A stretch of 64,000 nucleotides of DNA, taken from assembly GCF_006345805.1 (NCBI RefSeq), contig NC_043007.1:24614001-24678000 (forward strand), in the 5' to 3' direction. The position numbers and the translations under genes were made by a program. Below, piece by piece: positions 34,071 to 47,185 of this stretch. Numbering within the stretch: the stretch's first letter is position 1; the number at the start of each line of letters is the position of its first letter. The DNA comes from Octopus sinensis. Taxonomy: Eukaryota. The notes beneath the pieces are model-generated. The model worked only from the letters and a program-made list of their open reading frames with translations. It ran no database searches and had not been told where the DNA came from.

Positions 34071-36182
34071 CTTGAATTTTTTAGTTGTGCAGCCTGCCTG
34101 ATGATGAGCCATGTGGTTTGCTTCTTGACAAAGGTTGGCCATGCTTCATACAAATTATGAATGCACAAAAGGTTGTTTTCACAGTACCACGTAGGGGGTG
34201 GGACATCTAGGTACCCATAGGCTCAGGAACAGGGGATGCAAATGCACTCACCAAAATTTGGGTGGGGCAATGAAAATGCTTAGAATGTCCTCCTGAAAAA
34301 CTTCATCGCCAAAATGAACAAGTTTAGAAACATTTTAGGACCGATTTGGAACATTACTTTTTCATTATTGGATTTATTTGATTTTATTGATGTACAAATA
34401 TAATCCATAATCATCATCATCATCATCGTTTAACGTCCGCTTTCCGTGTTAGCATGGGTTGGACGATTTGATTGAGGTCTGGCAAACCAGATGGCTGCAC
34501 CAGACTCTAATCTTCTACAGCTGGATGCCCTTCCTAATGCCAACCACTCCGAGAGTTTAGTGGGTGCTTTTACATGCCAGTGGCATGAGGGCCAGTCAGG
34601 CAGTACTGGCAATGGCCACACTCAAATGGTGCTTTTTATGTGCCGCTTGCACAGCAGCCAGTCCAGTGGCACCGGCAATGACTTCACTCAAATGTTTTTT
34701 CACGTGCCACCAGCACAAGTGCCGGTAAGGCGATGCGGGTAACGATCACACTCGAATGGTGTTTTTATAAATACGTATAATTATTATTATAATTATACCT
34801 GTATTTATTTTGATATTAAGATTGAAAAAAAAAATCAACATTGTTTGTAAAGATCACATCAAGCTAAGAAAATTTGTGGCCATCCATACATACAGGCATG
34901 TTCTTTATGGTCATACCCTCACTCCCTCTCCCAACCAAGAGGTCTTTGTTTTGCAGGTGCCAGTTCCATGTAAAATGCACTTGTGCTGGTGTCACATGCA
35001 ATGCACTCATGCCAGTGCTATGTAGCATGCACCCAAGCTAGTGCCATGTAAAAAGCAGCCCTGCCGATGGCACATTGAAAGTACCCATGCCAGTGGCAAA
35101 TAAAAATAACCCTAACCCATGCTGGTGGCACATAGAAAGCACCCAGCACACTCTAAGTAGTTGGTGTTAGGAGAAACCATACCAAAACAAACAGTTGAAG
35201 CCCAGCTGGGTGGCCAGCTCCTTTTAAACTGCCCAACCCTTGCTAGCATAGAAAACAAATGCTAAATGATGATGATAATGACGATGTTTGCATCCATTAA
35301 GCAAATTTTGTTCCCACACTTACATAGGTACCAAAAGAGAATTATCACATAATGCCATTTGAATAATAGCTAATGAGCTAGAATTGTCAAGTGGTACATA
35401 AGAGAAGCTGGGAACACTCAGTGTCTGAAGCAGATGTCTAAAGCTGCCTCTCATGTGTGAATATACACACACATATATATATATATACATGTGACTATAA
35501 AGACAGATATAAATATAAAAATCCATATATCTTCCAACCTCATGAACCTGAAAGTTTGTGATAGATTTTTAAAAGCTTTTAACCTTGAGGTACAAAACTG
35601 CTCTCTTGAATAGGAAACTGCCTCCTTGCAAAGTTAACCACTCTTCTGCCCCAAGTGAAGCAATGTAAAAATTAGTGACTTGTCAAGGGGACAGTGCTTC
35701 TGCTTTGTATGATAATCAAATGATCATGAACCCAAGAGCCAAACCACTAAGCCATGCACCTCCATTGAAAATAGATATATCTGTAACATGTAGAGGGACT
35801 CTCTCTTACTTGTTTCAGTCATTTGACTATGGCCATGCTGGAGCAATGCCTTTAGTCAAACGAATCGACCCCAGGACTTATTCTTTGTAAGCCTAGTACT
35901 TATTCTATTGGTCTCTTTTGCCGAACTTCTAAGTTACGGGGGATGAAAACACACCACCATCGGTTGTCAAGCGATGTTGGGGGGACAAACACAGACACAC
36001 ACTACATAATACATATATACGACGGGCTTCTTTCAGTTTCCGTCTACCAAATCCACTCACAAGGCTTTGGTTGACCTGAAACTATAGTACAAGACACTTG
36101 CTCAAGGTACCATGCATTGGGACTGAACCCGGAACCATGTGGGTGGTAAGCAAGCTACTTACCATACAGCCACTCCTGCACC

Positions 36183-36218
<36 letters not shown>

Positions 36219-36656
36219 AAGAGATACAGACAGACAGAGAGAAATGTACAGGCATACTATGTAATTATATAAGCAACATATAGATGCATATAGATATTCA
36301 CATGACGTAGGTATACATGTGACATATACAGATGCATGTAGCTATACATGTGACTTGTCGATGGCTATAGATGCACACATGACATACAAAGCTGGATACA
36401 TGTGACATATATAGATAGATTAGAGGTTAGTGGTGAAAGAATAAATATTTAAGCAAACAGTGTTGCTTGCTGATTGATTTTTCAAAGAGGTTTTTTTTTC
36501 TTTGCTTTTCTTTTCTTAGAAAGAAGGCGATGACTTAAAAAACACACATCAGAATCAACAACAAATAATCGAGGATAAAAAAAAAGAAAAATCATTCTCT
36601 CTCGCTATCAACCATCAACACCTCTTTATCGTCACCCTCCTCCTCATCACCATCGC

Positions 36657-36687
<31 letters not shown>

Positions 36688-38419
36688 TGACTCGGAATCA
36701 GTTTCCTGTATTTCATGCTTAAACTAATTAGAAGACTTTAATAGGTTTGATTAACAGTTTGATGTGAACTTATTCTGAAAGATGTCTTGTGGATTTTTTT
36801 TTTGTGGGGGGGGGAGGGGTATTTCATAGATTTCCATTTTATCTATTTTATTTTAATATCTTTTTTTGTCATAGTTTCAACAACCTTGACTAACTCTTTG
36901 ACATAGCTCTGACACACTCATTGATTTCAAAATAACTGCCAGTTTTTTTTTGTTTTTTTTAAAAAAAATTTTGTTCCATATTTTAATTCCTTTTTTTCTT
37001 TTTAATGGGGTGTTACTTTCTAGCAGCCATTTTCTATTTGTTTTCTGACATAGATTTCCCCCTCTGTCTTCTTCCTCAGAAAAACGATCATTTGGTTATC
37101 TTTTGATTCTTCTTCATTTTTGTTTCTTCCTCATCCATTTTTTTACTTTCATTTTTATTCTTATACTCAACTAATTGGACCAAGATTCGATGTTACTTAC
37201 TAGTTATTTTTACTTTCTCTACAAGATAACAGCTGACACAACACATCGTCTTAACCAAGGAAGGAGGCTGTGCTTTGTTCAGTCATACGTTTGTAGATCA
37301 ACGAAACAGAATGTCAGCGAATTTCAACTTAACCTTTTATAAATGTTACACTCGTAAATGACATAGATTCATCTCAACCATTGAACATAATCATAATTGG
37401 CACAACTGTTAGAGCATAGCAAAGAATGACTTCCAGTACACATTCTGACATTTTGTGCCTTGAGTTCAAATACAGCAGAGGTCAACTCAGTATTTCATCT
37501 CTTCCAGGTCAATAAATTATGCCCATATGGTTAAGAACCTTGCTCTGCACCTAAGGCAAGTGTTTTCTACTATAACCCAGAGTTCACCAATGCCTTGTGA
37601 ATGAATGTGATGGATAGCAACTATGTGGAAGTCTGTTACATATATACATATAATATTATGCATATATGTATATATATATCATTATCATTTAACGTCTGTT
37701 TTCCATGCTTGCATGGGTCGGATGGTTCAACCGGGGTCTGGGAAGCCAGGAGGCTGCACTAGGCTCCAGTCTGATCTGACAGTGTTTCTACAGCTGGATG
37801 CCCTTCCTAATGCCAACCACTCCGTGAGTATCGTGGGTGCTTTTTACACGCCACCGGCATGTTTGCATCTTCATAGCTTAGTGGTTAGGCAAAGAAGATT
37901 GATTGAATAACCCAGACTGGGGTTCATTTGTTTGACTAACCCTTTAAAGGTGGTACCCCAGCATGGCTTCAGTCCTATGACAGAAACAAGTAAAAAGAAG
38001 AAAAAAATATAAAAATAAAGAACCAGTCAAGTATTGGAGTCCATACTTCTCTCTCTCTCTCTTGCTTTCTCTTTCGGAATCAGTCATGTTGTACTGCGAG
38101 AAGGGATTTCTCTACTAACTTGGTCCTCCAGAGAGATTTCACTCTCTGATACACTCAGTCCCTCAGAGACAGTGTCAGATTTAGGACAAATGAGGTCCTG
38201 TCCTAGTTAAGTTATGAAACCCCTTACTTGGGCAGTCAGGCATACAAACTCAGGAAATTCATCGTAAAAAATTTTGGGACCCATCAACCGGGCCCTGTGC
38301 TTAAGCACACTTAAGCACAATGATAAATCTGGCACTGCTCATAGACCTCACTGTCTGGTATTCTATTAATTCAGCCCTCCATAAACAAACCACATTGTTC
38401 TGCTCCATTATAACCCGGC

Positions 38420-38745
38420 TCCTTTATAGCTCTCACTGAAAGAGCTGTTCTTCACTCCTGCTCCAGAGCGTCGGCTGCGGGGTCATTCCGAAAAGCTCTA
38501 CCTGCGACGATTTCATCTCAATCGAAGGAGAGGAGCTTTCTCCGTCCGGGTTGCGGATCCGTGGAACAAGCTGCCAGACGAGATGGTGAAGATGCCGACG
38601 ACCGCTTTGTTCAAAGCCTCCCTTGACCTCAAGTGGCCTGAACTCTTTACATGAACACCACCCTGTACTTAACTCCATGTCCCCCTACATGGCCTTGCTA
38701 TTTGCTTTTGAGCCAAATTAACTAACTAACTAACTAACTAACTTT
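38420..38745 (+). mobile_element. 5'-truncated CR1-clade LINE 3' end
   Basis: 38436-38654 reads LKELFF..RRLRGHSEKLYLRRFHLNRRRGAFSVRVADPWNKLP..LFKASLDLKWPELFT* (CR1 C-terminal signature); (TAAC)n tail. Confidence 0.88.
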
Positions 38746-38823
38746 TCTCACAAACTACAAAAGGAAATCTGTTGTATTCCGCACCCTTATGTCGGTTGTG
38801 TTGCAATTAACTTGAATACTTAC

Positions 38824-38961
38824 TTCAAAATCAAAGGCTAGATTATCGATAGGAATTGTGTATTTCCTGGCATAGTTCTGCATGACACCAGTGAGAAATG
38901 CCTGAGTGAAGAAGAAACCAGACACCCAGAACACTGGGGGTTTTTCTGAATCATACCAAGA
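38824..38961 (-). CDS. DNAH12: Axonemal dynein heavy chain exon
   Basis: [46 protein letters not shown]; TTTCAG acceptor, GTAAGT donor; 138 nt, phase 0/0. Confidence 0.95.
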
Positions 38962-39660
38962 CTGAAAGAACAGAAATAGAGAATCACTATAATGGAAGGA
39001 AAGAGATACAGGATAGAAATACATGAAAACAAGAGAAAAGCAGAATTAGAACAGATTAGAGACAGAATATCATTGAACAGAATACATACACAAAATAGAT
39101 ATACATAATATAATAGAAGAGAATAGGTATACATAATATAATAGAACAGAAAAGATATACATAATATAATAGTAAGAGAATTACAGAATAGAAAATGGAA
39201 TGGCTGTCTGTGATCATGCTGTAGATATATGAAAAAACGTTTTGATGCATAATAGTATATGATATTATTAAGAAATAAGCAAAAATGAATTTAATGGTAT
39301 AAAAGTGTGTTTATTGTAAATGATTAACATGATTCTACTTTCAGAATGTAATTATTTCAGTTTCAGTATAGAAGCTCTGACAGGGCCAGCCACATGCCAA
39401 ATGAATGCAACTCTGAAGAACAATAAAACAGGACAGATGTACAGATCAGAAACCCGGCCAATGAGTGAGCTTTTCACTATATTGCAGTCAAATAAGAAAC
39501 TACTGTTTCAAGAAAGGAAGAACACATGGAAAAATGTAGGCTCAGATACAATGTTTGGAAATAAAAAATAAAAATATGTACTAGTGATGGCTGGGAAAAC
39601 CTTGATTATATAGGTCTCCTATGGTGCTGGTGCCACATAAAAAACACTTGTGCTGGTGCT

Positions 39661-40070
39661 GTTTGTTTGTTTGTTTGTTGAGCGAAGCAGTCTTTATCCC
39701 AGAGCTCGCAAGATCACGCCTCAGGATTGTCTGTAGTGGGAGAAGTCCAAAACGTGGTCCTTTGCTATTCGTAAGACCCGCAGAAGAGAAAGCAGGTCAA
39801 CCCCCGACACCGAGAGCATCTACGGATGGATGAATGCGCATCCAGGCTCAGCGGTTGCATAGGAAGTCGGGGACAAGAAATAGGAAGAAAGAGTGAGAGA
39901 AAGTTAGGGCAAAAAAGTACAACAGGGGTTGCCACCACCCCCTGCCAGAGCCTTGTGGAGCTTTAGGTGTTTTCGCTTAATAAACACACACAATGCCCGG
40001 TCTGGGAATCGAAACCATGATCTTCCGACCGTGAGTCTGCTGCCCTAACCACTGGGCCATTGCACCTCCA
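39661..40070 (-). mobile_element. SINE family C, tail variant 2, nested in an RTE 3' fragment
   Basis: Head GGCCCAGTGGTTAGGGCAGC..GGTTTCGATTCCC; (AAAC)n tail; TSD TGCTGGTGCTGT. Confidence 0.85.
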
Positions 40071-40291
40071 CTTGCTGGTGCTGTCTAAAAGCACCCAGTA
40101 CACTCTGAAAAATAGTTGGCATTAGGGAGGGCATCCAGCTGTAGAAACCATGAAAAAAACAGACAAGGTGCCTGAACAGCCCCTCAGCTGGTCAGTTATT
40201 GTCAAACTGTCCAACCAACACCAGTAGGAAAACAGATGTTAAATGATGATGATAATGATGAAACAAGAATGACTGATGCTAAATCGTATTC

Positions 40292-40764
40292 ACTATTGAC
40301 ATTATATTCTTTTCTTTTCTACTCTAGGCACAAGGCTCAAAATTTTAGGAGAGGGAGCCAGTCAATTAGATCGATCCCAGTACGCCACTGGTGCTTAATT
40401 TATTGACCTTGAAAGGATGAAAAGCAAAGACGACCTCAGTGGAATTTGAACTCAGAACATAGACAGACGAAATATTGCTAAGCATTCTGCCTGGTGTGCT
40501 AACGTTTCTGCCAGCTCACTTCCTTACTATTGACATCATATTTGTTTCTACTCTAGGCACAAGGCCTGAAATCTTTTGGGGAAAGGGGCCAGTCGATTAG
40601 ATTGACCCCAGTACTTAATTTATTGATCCCGAAAGAATGAAAGGCAAAGTCGACCTTGGTGGAGTTTGAACTCAGAACATAAAGACAGACGAAATACTGC
40701 TAAGCATTTTTCCTGGTGTGCTAATGTTTCTGCCAGCTCGCTGCCTTACTATTGACATTATATT
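40292..40764 (-). mobile_element. Two tandem SINE family B-related copies separated by the TSD
   Basis: ACTATTGACATYATATT at 40292, 40526 and 40748. Confidence 0.82.
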
Positions 40765-41744
40765 GCATTTAACAGTAACACAATATAATACTCATCACTG
40801 ACTCTATATTACATTCATCATTGATATTATATCACTTTGGTTTTATGATCTACGGTGTACAAAGGTAGCCACACTGTTCCTCAGTCAGCTAAACATAGTA
40901 CCCAAATAACCTTCAAATCACACTCACTTATGGAAAACAACTTCCAGACTGGATTCCAAAACTGGCAGGAATGCTGGAACCAGAGTATTGTTGTGCAAGG
41001 TGACTATTTTTAAAGAGATGATATTTAAACTTAGGTAAATAAGTTATTTTTCATTAGACATAATTAGTCCAGAAACCTTTTGATACCACCTTGTATATCA
41101 CATTCCCTGCTGACACTATATTACATTCACTGTTGATACTATATTACCTTTTGCTTATGATCTACAGTGTACAGAGGTATCCACACAGTTCCTCAATCAG
41201 CTAAACATAGTAACCAAATAATTTTCAAATCACACACTACTTTATAAAGAAAGACAGAACTTATCAGATGTCCCAGATATATTTTGTCTGAAAGGAAAAG
41301 ATAAGCTGGTCATAGCTGAGAAGTCTTTCATCAGTGATCTGTTGGATCAGATCTGAATTAGAGTGAAACATCTCATGCCTGTATATGGGAAGTATACAAG
41401 GCACGAAACAGTCTGGATGTTTATTAATGCAGTTTTCTGACATAGGTCTATAACTACAAAATGCATCACTCAAGAACAAAACTGTTCCCTCTGGGCTTCC
41501 ATCTATTTCTCTCTACCAAATTTCACTTACAAGTCTTTGGTTGATCCAAGGTTATGGTAGAACAAACTTGCAGCAATTATTTTGAAACAGAATCGAACCC
41601 AAAACTGTGTAGATACCATGTTATATACCATGTGACCAAAGTCAAAGTCAACAATGTTGGTATTTCAACCTGGAATAAATAGTGGAAGTAAATTGTTCAA
41701 TTTGTTTTGTGTGGTGTTTTACATTCTCTTCTATGTTACTTATT

Positions 41745-41970
41745 TCTTTATTACCCACAAGGGGCTAAACATAGAAGGGATAAACAAGGACAGACAAAGG
41801 GATTAAGTCGATTACATTGACCCCGGTGCATAAGTGGTACTTAATTTATTGACTCCGAAAAGATGAAAGGCAATGTCGACCTCGGCGGAGTTTGAACTCA
41901 GAACATAATGGCAGACAAAATATGGCTAAGCATGTGCCCGGCGTGCTAACGTTTCTGCCAGCTTGCTGCC
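41745..41970 (-). mobile_element. SINE family B copy
   Basis: Family B sequence; TSD CTCTTCTATGTTA. Confidence 0.85.
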
Positions 41971-43741
41971 TTTTTCTCTTCTATGTTATTCTCTTTTATG
42001 TTACTGCTGGAGGAATACTATCAGAAGAATGGATTTAAGACATTTTGGCACAGCTGTTTTGGCACTGACTATTTGGCATTGCTGTTGATATTCTAAAACA
42101 AAGGTACCACATAAAAAGCACTGGCACTAGTGCCACATAAAAAGCACTAGTGCTGGTACCATGTAAAAAATGCTACTACTGGCGTCATGTAAAAAACACT
42201 GGTGATGGTGTTACATATAAAACACTGGTGGTGGTACCATGTAAAAGGCACCCAGAACACTCTGTAAAGTGGTTGGCATTAGGAAGGGCATCCAGCTGTT
42301 GAAACCAAGCCAAAACAGACTATGGAACCATGTGTGACCCCTAGCCTTGCCAGCTCCTGTCAAGTCATCCAACCCAAACCAGCTTGGATAATGGACGTTA
42401 AAGGATGATGACAATGAAGATGATAATTCGGTGGTGACTTATTTGACATCAGATATTTTAATGTTTCTCTCATTATCTCTCTCTGTTTATATGTGTAAAA
42501 ATCCAGTTATGATGTTTGTATGTATGTGTAATATCTTATTCTCTCACTCTATCTTTTATCTTCTATTTTTTACTTGTTAAGTCATTAGGCTGCGGCCATG
42601 CTGGGGCACTGCATTGAAGAATTTTTGTAGAATGAATTGACCCTTGTACTTCTACTCTTTCTTTTTTAAAGCCTGGTACTAATTCCATTGACTCCGCTTG
42701 CTGAACTGCTAAGTTACAGGGATGTAACACTGATTGTCAAGTGGTGATGGGGAACAAACACAGACACACACATGATGGGTTTCTTTTAGTTTCTGCCTAT
42801 TAATTCCACTCAGAAAGTTTTGGCTAGCTTGAGACTATAGCAGAAGACACTTGCCCTAGGTGCCATGCAGTGGGACTGAACCTGGAACACATGGCCACAC
42901 CTGCACCTATAGCGCATGTGTGTTTGCCACAAGCACCAAAATAGGTTCTGTCCAGTCAGCTCTGCAAAATAGTCAGTGTCCAGATAGCTGCACCCAATTG
43001 TCTTATTCTGTGGAAGAACCAAGAACCATAGTGGGAAAATACCATTTATTAATATTAGCAGATTACAAGTAAAAAGCCTTTCTGTCATACGGGGAAAAAT
43101 ACATTATAAATGAGGTTATATTTATAGTTTTTGTAAATGAATTGTAATTTAAAAAAAAAGTCTACGGGTAAACAAAAGTAGTAATATTTAGGACAAAAGT
43201 GATATCTGCTTTCATTTCATTATTTATAGCAATGAATAAGTTCTTTTGATAGCTATCTCTATTGTGAAAATTTTAATAGTAATAAATGATAAAAATAATA
43301 ACAGAGATTGATCAATTCTCATGTGCTGGCTTATTATACATTATACAGTATTCTACAGATGACAATTTGACAAATGTTTCTACCAACAAATAATGCCATG
43401 TGTTTTTTTGGTTTTTTTACGTTGGTTTTATTTTTTTCTTCAAGTCTGTTCTGCAGTAGCAGTGAATGCTATAGGATGGGAATTCAAATTACATTTTATT
43501 GCAGACCCTGGTCACAGACACAGCAAAATAAACAACGTTAGACCACGCAGTTGTTGGTTGCATGCTAGAAGAAATTTGATCTTTGTGGTCCCAAAGGCAA
43601 GACGTTTGAAAGGAAAAAGTATTGGGTTACATGCTCAATAGGTTGTAAGCTTAAACTCCACCGCTAGTCTCACACTGTATTTCTGGGCAGTATAATTCAC
43701 TCTGTTGTTGTTTCAGTTCACCAAAGCCATTGTTGGTAGGA

Positions 43742-44123
43742 GGAGGCGCAATGGCCCAGTGGTTAGGGCAGCGGACTCGCGGTCATAGGATCGCGGTTTC
43801 GATTCCCAGACCGAGCGTTGTGAGTGTTTATTGAGCGAAAACACCTAAAAGCTCCACGAGGCTCCGGCAGGGATGGTGGTGATCCCTGCTGTACTCTTTC
43901 ACCACAACTTTCTCTCACTCTTACTTCCTGTTTCTGTTGTACCTGTATTTCAAGGGGCCGGCCTTGTCACTCTCTGTGTCACGCTGAATATCCCCGAGAA
44001 CTACGTTAAGGGTACACGTGTCTGTGGAGTGCTCAGCCACTTACACGTTAATTTCACGAGCAGGCTGTTCCGTTGATTCGGATCAACCAGAACCCTCGTC
44101 ATCGTAACCGACGGAGTGCTTCC
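43742..44123 (+). mobile_element. SINE family C, tail variant 3
   Basis: tRNA-like head; TSD TGTTGGTAGGA; close to 45578-45960. Confidence 0.88.
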
Positions 44124-44383
44124 TTTCCCTGTTGGTAGGAACGAGAACCAGATCAGTTTGGGAACCATCAGCTTCAGATCAGATTCACCAACCATTTCAA
44201 CCTGCAATTTTGCTACAGAAGCCACAAACAGTCTGTAATTGCAACTTTTAGTTGTAATTACAGGCTGTGTGATGGCAGCTGGCTTGTACAACACACTCAA
44301 TTAAACATATAATGAAGAAGCGTCCACCACAAAATTGATATCTTTAACTGTGAATACTTCCCGCTACTTATTGGCCCACCTAC

Positions 44384-44960
<577 letters not shown>

Positions 44961-45577
44961 AACGTTTTTGATACCAGCCCACCTGAAACTTTCTTTGATT
45001 CAATGAAACAAAACTATCAGCTTTCAAGTGCTTATATTCTAAACAAAAATTTTTAACGTAACAATTTACATTTAAAGTCTGTTAAGTTGTATAACAAAAG
45101 CCAGCGTAAACGCATATAGATATATCAAATTAATGCTCTGAATGTACCAAATAATGAATATATATCGGTATATTTAATTGGTATTTGGAACATGACTCAC
45201 AAAAGCCAAATATACACATATGTTGGTATATTAAGTTGGTATTCGGAAGACAGAACATAACAGAACAAATACATCTTAGTATATTAAACTGGTGTTTTGG
45301 AATGTAACTATATAAAAGTTGAATGAATAATGGTACACTGAGATAGTGTTTGGATAATTACTGCACAAAACACAAATGCGTATGTTAGTATATTAAGTGG
45401 GTGTTGGAACATAATGAAGAACAAATATAATAGTACCCTAAACTAGTATTTAGAACATAACAAAAGCCAACAATACAATGCTGTACTACTGAGAGGAGGA
45501 ATTTATATTATATACGCTGTTTACAATAGTCAAACCTTCGTCATCATCTTGATTGTTGTTTTAATTAGGTTTTAGCT

Positions 45578-45960
45578 GTGGAGGCGCAATGGCCCAGTGG
45601 TTAGGGCAGCGGACTTGCGGTCGTAGGTTCGCAGTTTCGATTCCCAGACCGGACGTTGTGAGTGTTTATTGAGCGAAAACACCTAAAGCTCCACGAGGCT
45701 CCGGCAGGGATGGTGGTGATCCCTGCTGTACTCTATCACCACAACTTTCTCTCACTCTTACTTCCTGTTTCTGTTGTACCTGTATTTGAAAGGGCTGGCC
45801 TTGTCACTCTCTGTGTCACACTGAATATCCCCGAGAATTACGTTAAGGGTACACGTGTCTGTGGAGTGCTCAGCCACTTACACGTTAATTTCACGAGCAG
45901 GCTGTTCCGTTGATCGGATCAACTGGAACCCTCGTCGTCTTAACCGACGGAGTCCTTCCA
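45578..45960 (+). mobile_element. SINE family C, tail variant 3 (second copy)
   Basis: TSD AGGTTTTAGCT at 45567 and 45963. Confidence 0.88.
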
Positions 45961-46239
45961 CCAGGTTTTAGCTATGTACACTCCAGCCTCCTTCAGGTGT
46001 CTTGTGTTGAACTCAATTGTTGTATCGGAATTTTGAACCTAACTCTTTATTTGATCCAGAAGGGTACACTGTTGTCATTCTATTCTCTGAGTTTCGTGAT
46101 AATGTTTGCTTCAGTCAAGTTAAAAGAATTACTATGGTGCTTTGCATGAGATAGAACTCAGAGCCTCTAGGTTACTGTACTGCATTAACCAATGTCTTTA
46201 TCTACTGTTCTGTGCCCTGATTTGAAACGAGATTCAAGC

Positions 46240-47185
46240 AAGGATGTTGGAATGTAACACCAGAGAATATGGATGGGAGCAAACAGTGGCATACAAAGTT
46301 TCATGGCCTGAACTTCGAAGTGTGGAATCTAAACAAATAAATTCCTGATTCAGGCAGTTAATAATGTTCTACCAGGTACTTCCAACTTGTTCTGAAGTGA
46401 ATGATGGAGTCACCACCTTGCTCCTTGTACTTGAGAAGAGCTCTAGAACACACCTTCAATAATTGTCCAAAAATTCTAAGTACAGGACACTACTATAACA
46501 CCATGACCAGGTTCTGAAGGCCATAGCAGACACCACTTGCAGTGAGATTAGCCATTGCATGTGCCTCTGCTCAACAAAGGAGGTGCTGCCAGTAACCAGG
46601 ACCACTTCCCTGGGTCTGTTAGCATTGGTACAAAACTGAGAGCTAAAAATCACCTGAGGAAGCAGCTGAAGTGCTCAGAAATTGTTACCTGAACATTGCT
46701 TAGGCCAGACATGGTGCTGAACTTGGGAATATCCAAACAAGTGGATCTGTTGGAATGTTCCATTTTCTGGGACTATACTGAGGAGGCAGATGAGAGGAAG
46801 AGAACAAAATATGTTGGGATTGAGGAGTTGTACTGAAAATATATGTGGGGAGTAAAGTACGATCCCATAGAGGTGGGATGCAGAGTGTTTGCAGGTCATA
46901 CCTCTGCAGAGCCTACAACATTTTAATCATCAAAGGACCCAGTAGAAAGAAGGTCATCAAGGTAACTGTGGATGCAGTAGAAGCTGCATTGAGGTGGCTG
47001 TGGATTACAAAGTGTGAGCCTTGGAAGAGACATTTCAACCTGGGGTAGTACAAACCGGACACAAATTGGGCCTTGACCAACACTGGTTAGGCCACTTAGG
47101 TGAGGGTGTCAGATTGCTGAAGGAACCAAAACATCTGATGACCCCACCCAGGAAACATTGCTAATGATGTGTCCAGGTACCAGCC
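46240..47185 (+). mobile_element. Decayed 3' part of an R2/NeSL-superfamily (HERO-like) retrotransposon with restriction-like endonuclease
   Basis: HDQVLKAIAD, then from 46699 LRPDMVL..SKQVDLLE..EEADERKRTKY..PIEVGCRVFAG, then AALRWLW; 3' UTR GAGGGTGTCAGA..GATGACCCC..TGATGTGTCC. Confidence 0.8.

Noticed and set aside
33451-34101. 216 aa ORF
   Set aside because: Chance read-through across a SINE A head, a (GAT)n run and SINE D.
43742-43815. Genuine tRNA gene (also the heads at 20620-20690, 40000-40070, 45580-45650)
   Set aside because: The tRNA-like region continues into a shared SINE body flanked by TSDs.
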